Shown in pieces: positions 46,670 through 54,204 of a DNA stretch of 56,927 bases. The position numbers were made by a program, and so were the translations under genes. The notes under the pieces are model-generated. The model saw only the letters and a program-made list of their open reading frames with translations, was not told the DNA's origin and did not search any database. The DNA comes from a virus: the IMG/VR virus record IMGVR_UViG_3300045988_096557; one strand, written 5' to 3'. The number at the start of each line of letters is the position of its first letter. Positions within the stretch are counted from its first letter, which is position 1.

Positions 46670-46903
46670 ATGTATAGAGGGACTTATATCGACGCCATGG
46701 GCCGCAAGCGCAGAGAGATGGGATATTTCAGTCTTAATAAGCCCACTCTGAATAAACTCCATATACCAGTAATTGTCCAAGCGAGAGATAAGACAAGTGC
46801 GGCGAATAAAATCAATAGGAAATATAAGTTGCGTATAAGTCCCAGCAATCTACGGGAGGTGCCGATGGGCACAGGCTATCTCATGGAAACCATGGAGCTG
46901 TAA
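46670..46903 (+). CDS. Hypothetical protein, 77 aa.
   Basis: Listed ORF with a ribosome-binding site AGGAGG. Confidence 0.55.
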   Translation: MYRGTYIDAMGRKRREMGYFSLNKPTLNKLHIPVIVQARDKTSAANKINRKYKLRISPSNLREVPMGTGYLMETMEL

Positions 46904-46914
46904 AGGAATAAAAA

Positions 46915-46953
46915 TGACTGGCAATCTGCACAAAGATTGCCAGTCATTTTTAT
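46915..46953 (+). terminator. Rho-independent terminator.
   Basis: TGACTGGCAATC...GATTGCCAGTCA stem followed by TTTTTAT. Confidence 0.6.
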
Positions 46954-46975
46954 GCACTTTTCCATATTGACTTTT

Positions 46976-47116
46976 CGCCGGGCCGCCAGCGTGCGCCGCG
47001 GCCCAAATTTTTATTTATCCGGCAGTTTCAACAATTATATGATCGAAAGTCTGTGCAATTCGACAAAAGATTTTCTCCCGAAATTACTTGACATTCCTCT
47101 TGTCATGTGTTATTAT
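46976..47116 (+). repeat. Early-region intergenic cassette, copy 1: GC-rich hairpin, AAATTTTT, TTTCAACAATT / TGTGCAATT half-sites, and promoter TTGACA-17-TATTAT (47088-47116).
   Basis: Motifs read directly from the sequence. The same architecture recurs at 6 further sites. Confidence 0.6.
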
Positions 47117-47170
47117 ATACTTGTCCAGAGGGACAAGGTCACAAAAAGAATTTGAAAGGAAGTAAAAGAA

Positions 47171-47410
47171 ATGACTTTGAAAATGATTGCAGGTCTGCTT
47201 TCTCCGCTCGCAGAAGATACCATGTTCTTTGACGGGGAAGGGGTCGAAATTATCAATGAGAATACTCAAGCTCATTACCATGAGCTACCTGATCACAAGA
47301 TAACCCTGGGAGGAGACGTCATTGAGGCGTCTAAGGAATGGGTGCTGGGACTTCCGGTAACTGGCATTAAAGCAAGAGGCAACAATCTAATCATTTATGT
47401 AGATGGTTAA
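47171..47410 (+). CDS. Hypothetical protein, 79 aa.
   Basis: Listed ORF with a ribosome-binding site GAAAGGAAG. Confidence 0.55.
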   Translation: MTLKMIAGLLSPLAEDTMFFDGEGVEIINENTQAHYHELPDHKITLGGDVIEASKEWVLGLPVTGIKARGNNLIIYVDG

Positions 47411-47473
47411 GAAAACCTGCGGGAGTGGAGGTTTATGGCCTCCACTCCCCACGATAAAAAAGGAGAAATAAAT

Positions 47474-47689
47474 ATGATTGCTGTTATTAAATTTGAAAGT
47501 GCAGAAAAGTCTGTGGAGTTTGGAAACACAATTTGTAATATGGCTGGTTGGTGTTTGAGTCATCCTCTCAATTCCAATGTTACCGGCTGTGTTCGTACGC
47601 TTGATTTTAATGCCGGCGACAAGCAAGATAGAGCCTTATATAATTATCTGCTAAAAATTGGAGCTTTCGAGGAGGTGGAATTAAAGTGA
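47474..47689 (+). CDS. Hypothetical protein, 71 aa.
   Basis: Ribosome-binding site AAAGGAGAAA, with an ATG at 47474 in frame with the listed ORF 47435..47689. Confidence 0.5.
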   Translation: MIAVIKFESAEKSVEFGNTICNMAGWCLSHPLNSNVTGCVRTLDFNAGDKQDRALYNYLLKIGAFEEVELK

Positions 47690-48095
47690 GTATTGAGCGT
47701 TTACCGCACACATATCCCATTGGCTCCACTGTTTGGACAAATAAGGGATATGGCACAGTTCTACTTCACATTGGTAAATACCATCTGGTTTGGTTACAGA
47801 GATTAGGGTTGGCGTAATGCCGGCCCTATTGATTTTTTCAAAAAAATATATTATAATAATTATAGAAAAATAAAGAAAGGAGTTTTTCTAATGACCTTAG
47901 AAGTGCTGAAAGCATTCGTGGTTATTTTGGAGTTCTGTTTGAACTAGGATTCTTGTAAAAATTGTCCTATGTCTCAGTTCTGCCAGAAAATGCCTTGCGA
48001 GTGGTAAATGTTCCTTCCGATTGTTCTAAATCGGCGATTCCCGTGATGGAGTCGTTTTTCGCACGAGCCTAGGTCACTAGAATTTATTTATCAAA

Positions 48096-48329
48096 ATGCA
48101 AGAAACTACTTTCTCTCGCAAATTAGATTCAAGTGGTAGAATTATGATTCCGATTCGCTTGCGTGAACAAATGGGACTTACTTCCGGTTAGGAATACTAT
48201 TTTACTACTATGGTAAAAGATGGTAGAAAATATATCTGTATTGACTGCGGATCGGTTGATTCCTCGCTTGAAGAAGCTATGAAAATTATCCAAGCAAACG
48301 GATTAAAGATTGTTGAAAATGCCGATTGA
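48096..48329 (+). CDS. Small AbrB/SpoVT-N swapped-hairpin domain protein, 77 aa, with 1 in-frame TAG (48189).
   Basis: SRKLDSSGRIMIPIRLREQMGL matches the AbrB N-domain and is paralogous to the N-terminus of the protein encoded at 49554..50015. Confidence 0.45.
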
Positions 48330-48371
48330 CTTCTCAAAAGAAAGGGAGTTGTTGGTATGCAGAAATTAATG

Positions 48372-48403
48372 ACCTCCTGAAATTCAGGAGGTTCTTTTTT
48401 TTT
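48372..48403 (+). terminator. Rho-independent terminator.
   Basis: CCTCCTG...CAGGAGG stem followed by a T9 run. A 7-codon mini-ORF (ATG 48357) ends inside the stem. Confidence 0.6.
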
Positions 48404-48410
48404 ATTCGTT

Positions 48411-48551
48411 CGCCCGGCCGTGCACCACAGGCGCGGCCGGAATTTTTTATCAAGAGGCAATTTGCACAATTTTAGGCTCGAATTGTTGTGCAATCTGACG
48501 AAAGATTTTTTCCTAAAATCGCTTGACTTTCTGCTTTGCCTATGGTATATT
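48411..48551 (+). repeat. Early-region cassette, copy 2: GC-rich hairpin, GAATTTTTT, TTGCACAATTTT...TTGTGCAAT dyad, and promoter TTGACT-17-TATATT (48523-48551).
   Basis: Motifs read directly from the sequence. Confidence 0.6.
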
Positions 48552-48604
48552 ATTATCAGAAAGAGGGAGACAGAAACACCTCGAAAGAAAGGAAAGAAAA
48601 AATC

Positions 48605-48862
48605 ATGGAAGAAAAGAAAATGATTTTGGTCACGGACGGATACGACGATAAACCTATCTGCGTAGCGTCTAATACCATCGCCGCCCGCAAGTCTGCGTTG
48701 GATTATCTGGAAAATCAATATGACGATGGAGAATGGGAGGCTATTCTGGAAGAAGATGGATATAAAAATCGTGATGACCTTTTCCATGATATGATGTTAG
48801 GCATGGAAAGCGAATGGGAGCGTTTCAATATTAACTTTGCGGAAGTTTCCTTTGCGGGGTGA
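48605..48862 (+). CDS. Hypothetical acidic protein, 85 aa.
   Basis: Ribosome-binding site AAAGGAAAG, with an ATG at 48605 in frame with the listed ORF. Confidence 0.5.
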   Translation: MEEKKMILVTDGYDDKPICVASNTIAARKSALDYLENQYDDGEWEAILEEDGYKNRDDLFHDMMLGMESEWERFNINFAEVSFAG

Positions 48863-48866
48863 GTAT

Positions 48867-49019
48867 ATGACAACTTTTACCATGATAATTCTGATTGCTT
48901 TTGTTCTGTGTCTGGTATGGCAATTTGTAGCCGCTATTGAAAAAGATTGCATAGGACTTGAAATCATGTTTGCGGCGGAAATCTTAATGTTCGCATATCT
49001 TGCAAAAACTTTGATGTAA
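48867..49019 (+). CDS. Small membrane protein, 50 aa.
   Basis: ATG 48867 with a hydrophobic core. Confidence 0.4.
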   Translation: MTTFTMIILIAFVLCLVWQFVAAIEKDCIGLEIMFAAEILMFAYLAKTLM

Positions 49020-49024
49020 GGGGT

Positions 49025-49053
49025 TGACAAATCGCCCCAACTATGGTACAATA
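49025..49053 (+). promoter_or_regulatory. Consensus sigma-70 promoter: TTGACA-17-TACAAT.
   Basis: GGGGTTGACAAATCGCCCCAACTATGGTACAAT. Confidence 0.55.
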
Positions 49054-49114
49054 AGACCATGGAAGGGACGACCCCGATAAATAAAAATTAAAATTAAGAA
49101 AGGAAGTTTTGGAA

Positions 49115-49501
49115 ATGCGTGTTAGTAAGGTTGTTCGGGAGTATATTGAAAAGGAAGTTGGAGTAAAGGCTGAAATCAAGAGGCAGGCTGTCCATGAAAC
49201 CTTTTCCGCTTATGAGACAGAGTGTAAAATCATGCAGGAGAAAGTTAAGCAGGCGGTAAAAGCCCTTAACGACGAACTTCTTTCGGAGGTTAAAAACAAG
49301 GGGATGAGTTTCCGCAGATATAATGACCGGCTGGTAGAGGCTTGCCAGGATTGTATTTACCCCGCTATGGAGAACGAGAAGAAAAAGGCCATGCGGGAAG
49401 TTAGCGACTGGGAGAAAAATGCCGTAACGGAAATTATTCTTACGCTTGAGTTGGGTGGTACTAAAGCTGACCTCGAACGGATGTTGAAAGAACTGGATTA
49501 A
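49115..49501 (+). CDS. Hypothetical protein, 128 aa.
   Basis: Ribosome-binding site AGAAAGGAAG plus ATG 49115, in frame with the listed ORF 49109..49501. Confidence 0.55.
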   Translation: MRVSKVVREYIEKEVGVKAEIKRQAVHETFSAYETECKIMQEKVKQAVKALNDELLSEVKNKGMSFRRYNDRLVEACQDCIYPAMENEKKKAMREVSDWEKNAVTEIILTLELGGTKADLERMLKELD

Positions 49502-49513
49502 GAAGGGAGGAAG

Positions 49514-49544
49514 GGAGTGCAAGACTATAAATCTTGCACTCCCG
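49514..49544 (+). other. Perfect 12-bp stem-loop (GGGAGTGCAAGA...TCTTGCACTCCC) in a 5' UTR, with no T-tract.
   Basis: An inverted repeat seen directly. A related hairpin beginning GGGAGTGGAGG lies at 47417-47447. Confidence 0.4.
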
Positions 49545-49553
49545 CAGATAAAA

Positions 49554-50015
49554 ATGAAAGCTACTGGAATTGTGCGCCGTATTGATGATTTGGGCCGGAT
49601 AGTAATTCCAAAGGAAATCCGTAGAAACCTTCATATTAGAGAAGGCGACCCATTAGAGATTTTTCTTGAAGAAGATGGCGGCGTAGTTTTTAAGAAATAT
49701 TCTATAATGGGAGAATTTTCCTCTTACGCTAAACAAATGCAAAATGCCCTTTCATCTAACGGAATCGCCGCGGCTATTTTTGACAATGATGGAATTTTAT
49801 GCGGGCCGCGTTCCTTTGGAATTACAAGAGTTCCCGATGACTGGATTGATATTCGCAGTTCGGCGACAAAATGGGAAAGTATGTTTATTACACCAATTCT
49901 TGTGAATGGCGACCAGGTTGGTTTTATTTGCTATAAAAATAGCAATAACGAAGAATCTGTCCATGACATGGTTAAACTTTCTGCAAGATTTCTTGCAAAT
50001 ATATGTGAAAGTTAA
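49554..50015 (+). CDS. SpoVT/AbrB-family transcriptional regulator (AbrB N-domain plus a GAF-like C-domain), 153 aa.
   Basis: The N-terminus GIVRRIDDLGRIVIPKEIRRNLHIREGDPLEIF is a near-canonical SpoVT/AbrB swapped-hairpin domain. The overall length and a C-terminal domain of about 100 aa resemble SpoVT. Confidence 0.6.
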   Translation: MKATGIVRRIDDLGRIVIPKEIRRNLHIREGDPLEIFLEEDGGVVFKKYSIMGEFSSYAKQMQNALSSNGIAAAIFDNDGILCGPRSFGITRVPDDWIDIRSSATKWESMFITPILVNGDQVGFICYKNSNNEESVHDMVKLSARFLANICES

Positions 50016-50040
50016 AAGAGGGCTTCGGCCCTCTTTTTTA
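50016..50040 (+). terminator. Rho-independent terminator (AGAGGGCTTCGGCCCTCT followed by TTTTTT).
   Basis: A GC stem with a T-run. The same stem sequence recurs at 50909 and 52303. Confidence 0.65.
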
Positions 50041-50064
50041 TCCCATTTTTTGAATAGGCTTCTC

Positions 50065-50182
50065 GGCGGCGCGCTAACGTGCGTGGCGCGCCGAATTTTC
50101 TCTTTTGTAGAAGTTGCACAATTTTCCAGCCGAAATTTTGTGCAGTTTGCCTCTTGTTTTCTATCCCGAAATCTGATATACT
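50065..50182 (+). repeat. Early-region cassette, copy 3: GC-rich hairpin, GAATTTT, TTGCACAATTTT...AAATTTTGTGCAG dyad, and promoter TTGTTT-17-TATACT (50154-50182).
   Basis: Motifs read directly from the sequence. Confidence 0.55.
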
Positions 50183-50214
50183 TTAATCAACCTAAAGAAA
50201 GGAAGTAAATCAAA

Positions 50215-50679
50215 ATGAAAAAGATGCTCTGCTTTGATATGGATGGAACAATCGCTGACCTGTACGGCGTGGATGATTGGTTAAAAGATTTAATGAATGA
50301 AAATCCCTATCCATATACAGTCGCCAAACCTCTTTGCGATATAGAAGAATTGAATACCGTTCTTAATAAACTCATTGAGCAGGGCTGGGAAATTCGGGTT
50401 ATCAGTTGGCTTGCAAAAGACAGTTCTAACTCATATAAAACTGCTGTTCGTGACGCAAAGCGCATTTGGCTTGCAAAATACAACTTCCCCGCACATAAAG
50501 TCCACCTTGTGGAATATGGCACAACAAAAGCAAATTGTGTGCGGAAACACTTTGAGCCGGGAATTAGCAATTTCATTTTGATTGATGATAATAAAAGTGT
50601 GCGGGATGGCTGGCATTTAGGGGAAACAATCGAGCCACATGAAGATTTACCTACGGCCTTATGGCGACTGGTAGAGTAA
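50215..50679 (+). CDS. HAD-superfamily 5'(3')-deoxyribonucleotidase-like hydrolase, 154 aa.
   Basis: N-terminal HAD motif I CFDMDGTIADL, and an LIDD motif near the C-terminus. Confidence 0.55.
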   Translation: MKKMLCFDMDGTIADLYGVDDWLKDLMNENPYPYTVAKPLCDIEELNTVLNKLIEQGWEIRVISWLAKDSSNSYKTAVRDAKRIWLAKYNFPAHKVHLVEYGTTKANCVRKHFEPGISNFILIDDNKSVRDGWHLGETIEPHEDLPTALWRLVE

Positions 50680-50719
50680 TCCACCAGTCAATCTTAAAAT
50701 AAGAAAGGAAGTTTTGTAA

Positions 50720-50908
50720 ATGAAGATTAGAAAGGTTAATAGGCTTATCCTCAGCGAGGAAGAGCGACAAGTATTGAAAAATGCGTCCATTCTCATTGGT
50801 CAAATTGATCAGGTTATGGCCGACAATGAAATTGATGACGATATTTCGCTTGAAGATTTGAGCTATTGGCTTGACGAGATTATCAATAAAGAATATCTTG
50901 GATATTAA
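50720..50908 (+). CDS. Hypothetical acidic protein, 62 aa.
   Basis: Listed ORF with a ribosome-binding site AGAAAGGAAG. Confidence 0.5.
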   Translation: MKIRKVNRLILSEEERQVLKNASILIGQIDQVMADNEIDDDISLEDLSYWLDEIINKEYLGY

Positions 50909-50932
50909 GAGGGCTTCGGCCCTCTTATTTTT
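50909..50932 (+). terminator. Rho-independent terminator (AGAGGGCTTCGGCCCTCT followed by TATTTTT).
   Basis: A GC stem with a T-run. Confidence 0.6.
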
Positions 50933-50952
50933 ACTCTTTAATATCGTTTGGG

Positions 50953-51069
50953 CGGCTCGCTGGCGCACGCGGCGAGCCGAGTTTTTGTTTTTGTCGATGT
51001 TGCACAATTTTGGCTTGCAAATTTTGTGCAATTTGCCATCTTGTAATTATCCCGAAAGTATGGTATTAT
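50953..51069 (+). repeat. Early-region cassette, copy 4: GC-rich hairpin, AGTTTTT, TTGCACAATTTT...AAATTTTGTGCAA dyad, and promoter TTGTAA-17-TATTAT (51041-51069).
   Basis: Motifs read directly from the sequence. The downstream leader of about 160 nt has only a tiny RBS-led ORF. Confidence 0.55.
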
Positions 51070-51232
51070 ATATTTGTCAAGAGGGGAAGGCCAAGAAATC
51101 AAGAGGTCGCGAACTCTTAGAAAGTAAAGGAAGTAAATTTATATTGTGTCGTAAGTCGAGTGAACGCCGTTAGAATAGGCCGTTCTAATGCCCAGTAGCT
51201 TGCAGTAAATCGCAATAAAAATTTCCTTTTCC

Positions 51233-51261
51233 TCTTGACATCAAGCATGATATGTGCTATA
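51233..51261 (+). promoter_or_regulatory. Consensus sigma-70 promoter: TTGACA-17-TATAAT.
   Basis: CTCTTGACATCAAGCATGATATGTGCTATAAT. Confidence 0.55.
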
Positions 51262-51295
51262 ATAAACTCAACAAGAGGAAAGGAAGTCAAAGATT

Positions 51296-52087
51296 ATGAT
51301 TGATAAGCGTAGACACTATGTTTTGGTGGTTGATACTGAAACTGCTAACACACTGACTGAAACTGACGAAAACGGCAAAGCCCGCATGGATATGAGTTGC
51401 GTTCTTGTCTATGATTGCGGATGGGCGGTAGTGGATACCAAGGGCAATATTTATGAAACTGCCAGTTTTGTAAATAGGGACATTTTCAACGATGAGCGGG
51501 ATCTCATGCGGACTGCTTATTATAATTGGAAAATTCCCCGCTATATTGAGGAACTGCGGGCCGGCACTCGTAAAATGGCTACCACTTATGAAATCCGCCA
51601 AGCTATGCTCAATACCATTGAGCGATACGGCATTAAGGAAGTTGCGGCTTATAATGCCAGATTTGACGATAATGCCTTGAGAGTTACACAGCGTTATGTG
51701 ACCTACTCCAAGTGGCGTTATTGGTTCCCGTTTGACAGCGTGGAGATTTGGGATATTATGAAGATGACACAGGATGTTATCTGCAATATGCCCACTTATA
51801 AGAAATTCTGTCAGGAAAACGGATATGTCCAGGCTAATGGTGTCCCCCGCAAGACTGCGGAAATCGTATGGCGGTATATCTCCGGCAATAATGAGTTTGA
51901 GGAAAGCCATACGGGATTGGAAGATGTGCTGATTGAAGCGGAAATTATGTGGTATTGTATGCGACAGCACAAGCCCATGAGAAAAGCTCTTTATGAGAAT
52001 AGGAAGGAATTTCCTCCCATGACCGATTTTCAGAGGCGGCTTTCCGCAAGTTTGAAGAATAATCCGACAATCCGGGTTGGGGCTTAA
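51296..52087 (+). CDS. DEDDh-family 3'-5' exonuclease (DnaQ-like), 263 aa.
   Basis: Exo I motif VLVVDTETAN, the Exo II region, and an Exo III motif HTGLEDVLIEAEI. Confidence 0.6.
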   Translation: MIDKRRHYVLVVDTETANTLTETDENGKARMDMSCVLVYDCGWAVVDTKGNIYETASFVNRDIFNDERDLMRTAYYNWKIPRYIEELRAGTRKMATTYEIRQAMLNTIERYGIKEVAAYNARFDDNALRVTQRYVTYSKWRYWFPFDSVEIWDIMKMTQDVICNMPTYKKFCQENGYVQANGVPRKTAEIVWRYISGNNEFEESHTGLEDVLIEAEIMWYCMRQHKPMRKALYENRKEFPPMTDFQRRLSASLKNNPTIRVGA

Positions 52088-52115
52088 AGCCCCGCCCGGT
52101 AGAAAGGACAGAGAT

Positions 52116-52298
52116 ATGAGAACTGAAAAAATTTGGTTCGACTTTATGAACGCCGATTGCCAATATCAGGCAAGAAAGGTCATTGAGCGAATGGGATGGA
52201 CTATTGATGAAAATCTCGATGGCGATGGCGGCTATCCTGTTCATTTCCCCGAAGAGGATTTAGGACTGTTTGAATTTCTTGATATATGCTGGTCATAA
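52116..52298 (+). CDS. Hypothetical acidic protein, 60 aa.
   Basis: Ribosome-binding site GAAAGGACAGAG plus ATG 52116, in frame with the listed ORF 52077..52298. Confidence 0.45.
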   Translation: MRTEKIWFDFMNADCQYQARKVIERMGWTIDENLDGDGGYPVHFPEEDLGLFEFLDICWS

Positions 52299-52302
52299 AG
52301 GA

Positions 52303-52328
52303 AGGGCTTCGGCCCTTCTTTTTTATAC
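52303..52328 (+). terminator. Rho-independent terminator (GAAGGGCTTCGGCCCTTC followed by TTTTTT).
   Basis: A GC stem with a T-run. Confidence 0.6.
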
Positions 52329-52341
52329 CTCGAAAAGTCAG

Positions 52342-52501
52342 CGGCCCGCGGATGGCTGACGCGGGCCGAATTTTTCAATGGTAATGTTGCACAAAAATTT
52401 CGCCCCGTTTTTGTACAAAATTCTGCACAAAAACTTTCTCCCAAAATCCTGATTTTTTGTGCAATTTGACGCTTGCAATCTGTTTCCACTTGTGTTACAA
52501 T
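52342..52501 (+). repeat. Early-region cassette, copy 5: GC-rich hairpin, GAATTTTT, four TTGCACAA / TTGTGCAA-type half-sites, and promoter TTGCAA-17-TACAAT (52473-52501).
   Basis: Motifs read directly from the sequence. Confidence 0.55.
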
Positions 52502-52571
52502 ACTATCAGAAAGTGAGAGAGACGAACGGCAGACAGCGACAGCGAACTTTCAGAAATCTTTCAAAAACCCC

Positions 52572-52860
52572 TTGACAAGCCTTTGCAAGTGTGATATAAT
52601 CATTACAGAAAGCAAGGCAAGGCACCTTGAAAATTTTCAAAAAAAGACTTGACAAACCGCCTTGAATGTGCTATACTAAAGGCGTAAAGAGGAAAGCCAA
52701 ACGGTTTTGAAACGGCGAGTAGCGACAGTCAAAAAAGTTTGAAAAACCTCTTGACAAACGCAAGAAGTTGTGGTACAATAAAGGCACAGTAAAGGTTATA
52801 GCATACCAGTCCCGGTTGAGAGAAAAATCTCTTGACAAACGGAAAAAGGTATGATATAAT
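52572..52860 (+). promoter_or_regulatory. Array of four tandem consensus sigma-70 promoters, each with an upstream TTTCAAAAA / TTTGAAAAA A-tract and an extended -10: P1 52572-52600, P2 52649-52677, P3 52751-52779, P4 52832-52860.
   Basis: Each is TTGACA, exactly 17 bp, then TATAAT / TATACT / TACAAT / TATAAT with TGn upstream. Confidence 0.6.
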
Positions 52861-52906
52861 AAATACATCAAGGGTGACGACCTACCGTCAGAAAGGAAGT
52901 ATCATT

Positions 52907-53308
52907 ATGAGCGAGAAGAAAGTCCGTATCACTAAGGCCCAGCGTTTCGAGGACATCAAGGCCCTTCTGAATGGCGACCCCGTGACATATGGCACGACCC
53001 CGGAGATTGCGGTCACTGTTATTGACCATGAGCTGGAGCTTCTGGCGAAGAAGAACTCTGGTAGCGGCGATAAGAAGTTGACCCCGACCCAGCAGGAGAA
53101 CGAGGCGCTCAAGGAGCAGATTGTGGAGTACCTGTCCACTCTGCCCGATGACACCGATGGCGTGACCTGCACGGAGATTTTGAAGTCCGTGCCTGCCCTG
53201 ACTGATTTTAGCAATCAGAAAGTGGCGGCTCTGGTGCGTCAGCTCAAGATGGCCGGCCGTGTCGTGGCTACGGAGAAAAAGGGCAAGTCCCTGTTCCGTA
53301 TGGCCTAA
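52907..53308 (+). CDS. Hypothetical protein, 133 aa, GC-rich, with a possible winged-helix C-terminus.
   Basis: Ribosome-binding site GAAAGGAAGT plus ATG 52907. Markedly higher GC than the flanking DNA. Confidence 0.55.
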   Translation: MSEKKVRITKAQRFEDIKALLNGDPVTYGTTPEIAVTVIDHELELLAKKNSGSGDKKLTPTQQENEALKEQIVEYLSTLPDDTDGVTCTEILKSVPALTDFSNQKVAALVRQLKMAGRVVATEKKGKSLFRMA

Positions 53309-53343
53309 CCCCGATAGGGCGGGGTGAAATATCCCCGCCCTAC
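53309..53343 (+). terminator. Stem-loop / terminator candidate (AGGGCGGGG...CCCCGCCCT).
   Basis: A 9-bp GC stem. A similar hairpin lies at 53771-53797. Confidence 0.4.
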
Positions 53344-53414
53344 TAAATAAGAAAAGGGGTGATACCATAAGTAGCAGAATTACGGATGCCGAGCGGATCG
53401 CAAGGTATAAGGGC

Positions 53415-53765
53415 TTGAACCTATCCCCGCAAGAGGAAAAGGATTTACTTGCCTATGATAAGGCCGTTGAAGCGGGGGGGCGGACGCAGTATGACCTCCC
53501 CCCGGATAAGGCAAAAGTAGCGCAGAAATTCGCCCATGCGGGAACACGGAAAGCGCCCACCGCCTACAAGTTTACGCCCCGGCAGAGAAAACCCAACGCA
53601 ACTAAAGGGGGCATTATCGCAGAGCTTGCAGAGTTTCTGGAAAAGAATAGTCAGTTTTCCATTGTAAATCTGCAAGTCACCAACAAGGAACGGCAGATAG
53701 CCTTTTCTATTGGTGAGGACAGTTTCGAGTTGACGCTTGTGCAAAAGCGAAAACCGAAGAAATAA
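53415..53765 (+). CDS. Hypothetical basic protein, 116 aa, GC-rich (TTG start as listed).
   Basis: Listed ORF. No strong ribosome-binding site. Confidence 0.4.
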   Translation: MNLSPQEEKDLLAYDKAVEAGGRTQYDLPPDKAKVAQKFAHAGTRKAPTAYKFTPRQRKPNATKGGIIAELAEFLEKNSQFSIVNLQVTNKERQIAFSIGEDSFELTLVQKRKPKK

Positions 53766-53843
53766 CCGGGATAGGCGGGATACCGTCTATCCCGCCTCCC
53801 AAAAGGAAGTGATACTATCCGCCGTGAGAAAGAGTTTCTGTAT

Positions 53844-54164
53844 GTGGGGCATTATGTGGACACAAAAGGCCGTTATATCCTGAAAATAGGAACGACAAAC
53901 GACCTAAAGCGCAGAGCCGCAGAGCATACAAGGAATTACAAGAAAACCCGTGAGTTTACCATGCCGGAAAATTCCTGTTTTGTCTATGACTGGTGGCGTC
54001 CTCTTTCCAAGTATAATACTTTGAGATATGAGGACGCAAACCGGGCAAGATGGCAAGATATGGGAATTGGGCGTTTCATCAGGAACGACAGATTTTTCTG
54101 TGAGAAAAAACCTGACATGGTAACAATTACCATTCGCAAAACCTATACTATCCCGCTGGCATAG
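53844..54164 (+). CDS. GIY-YIG nuclease domain protein, about 106 aa, GC-rich. The start is uncertain and the gene ends with TAG.
   Basis: GHYVDTKGRYILKIGTTNDLKRRAAEH resembles the GIY-x10-YIG...R...E motif. Confidence 0.45.
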   Translation: MGHYVDTKGRYILKIGTTNDLKRRAAEHTRNYKKTREFTMPENSCFVYDWWRPLSKYNTLRYEDANRARWQDMGIGRFIRNDRFFCEKKPDMVTITIRKTYTIPLA

Positions 54165-54180
54165 TCCAGCGGGATTTTTT
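54140..54180 (+). terminator. Rho-independent terminator (TCCCGCTGG...CCAGCGGGA followed by T7).
   Basis: A stem with a T-run overlapping the gene's 3' end. Confidence 0.6.
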
Positions 54181-54204
54181 TCGTCATTTTGCACAAAAGC
54201 CCTG

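Noticed and set aside
50307-50684. ORFs 50307..50684 (-), 50375..50581 (+) and 50431..50616 (-) overlapping the HAD nucleotidase gene
   Set aside because: Alternative-frame and antisense artefacts. The 50215..50679 frame carries the HAD motif, a ribosome-binding site and a terminator.
52868-53744. Minus-strand ORFs 52868..53368, 52888..53214 and 53445..53744 within the GC-rich island
   Set aside because: Long antisense ORFs arise readily in GC-rich DNA. The plus-strand genes have ribosome-binding sites, promoters and terminators and fit the operon. The antisense translations are low-complexity (Arg/Gly/Leu-rich).
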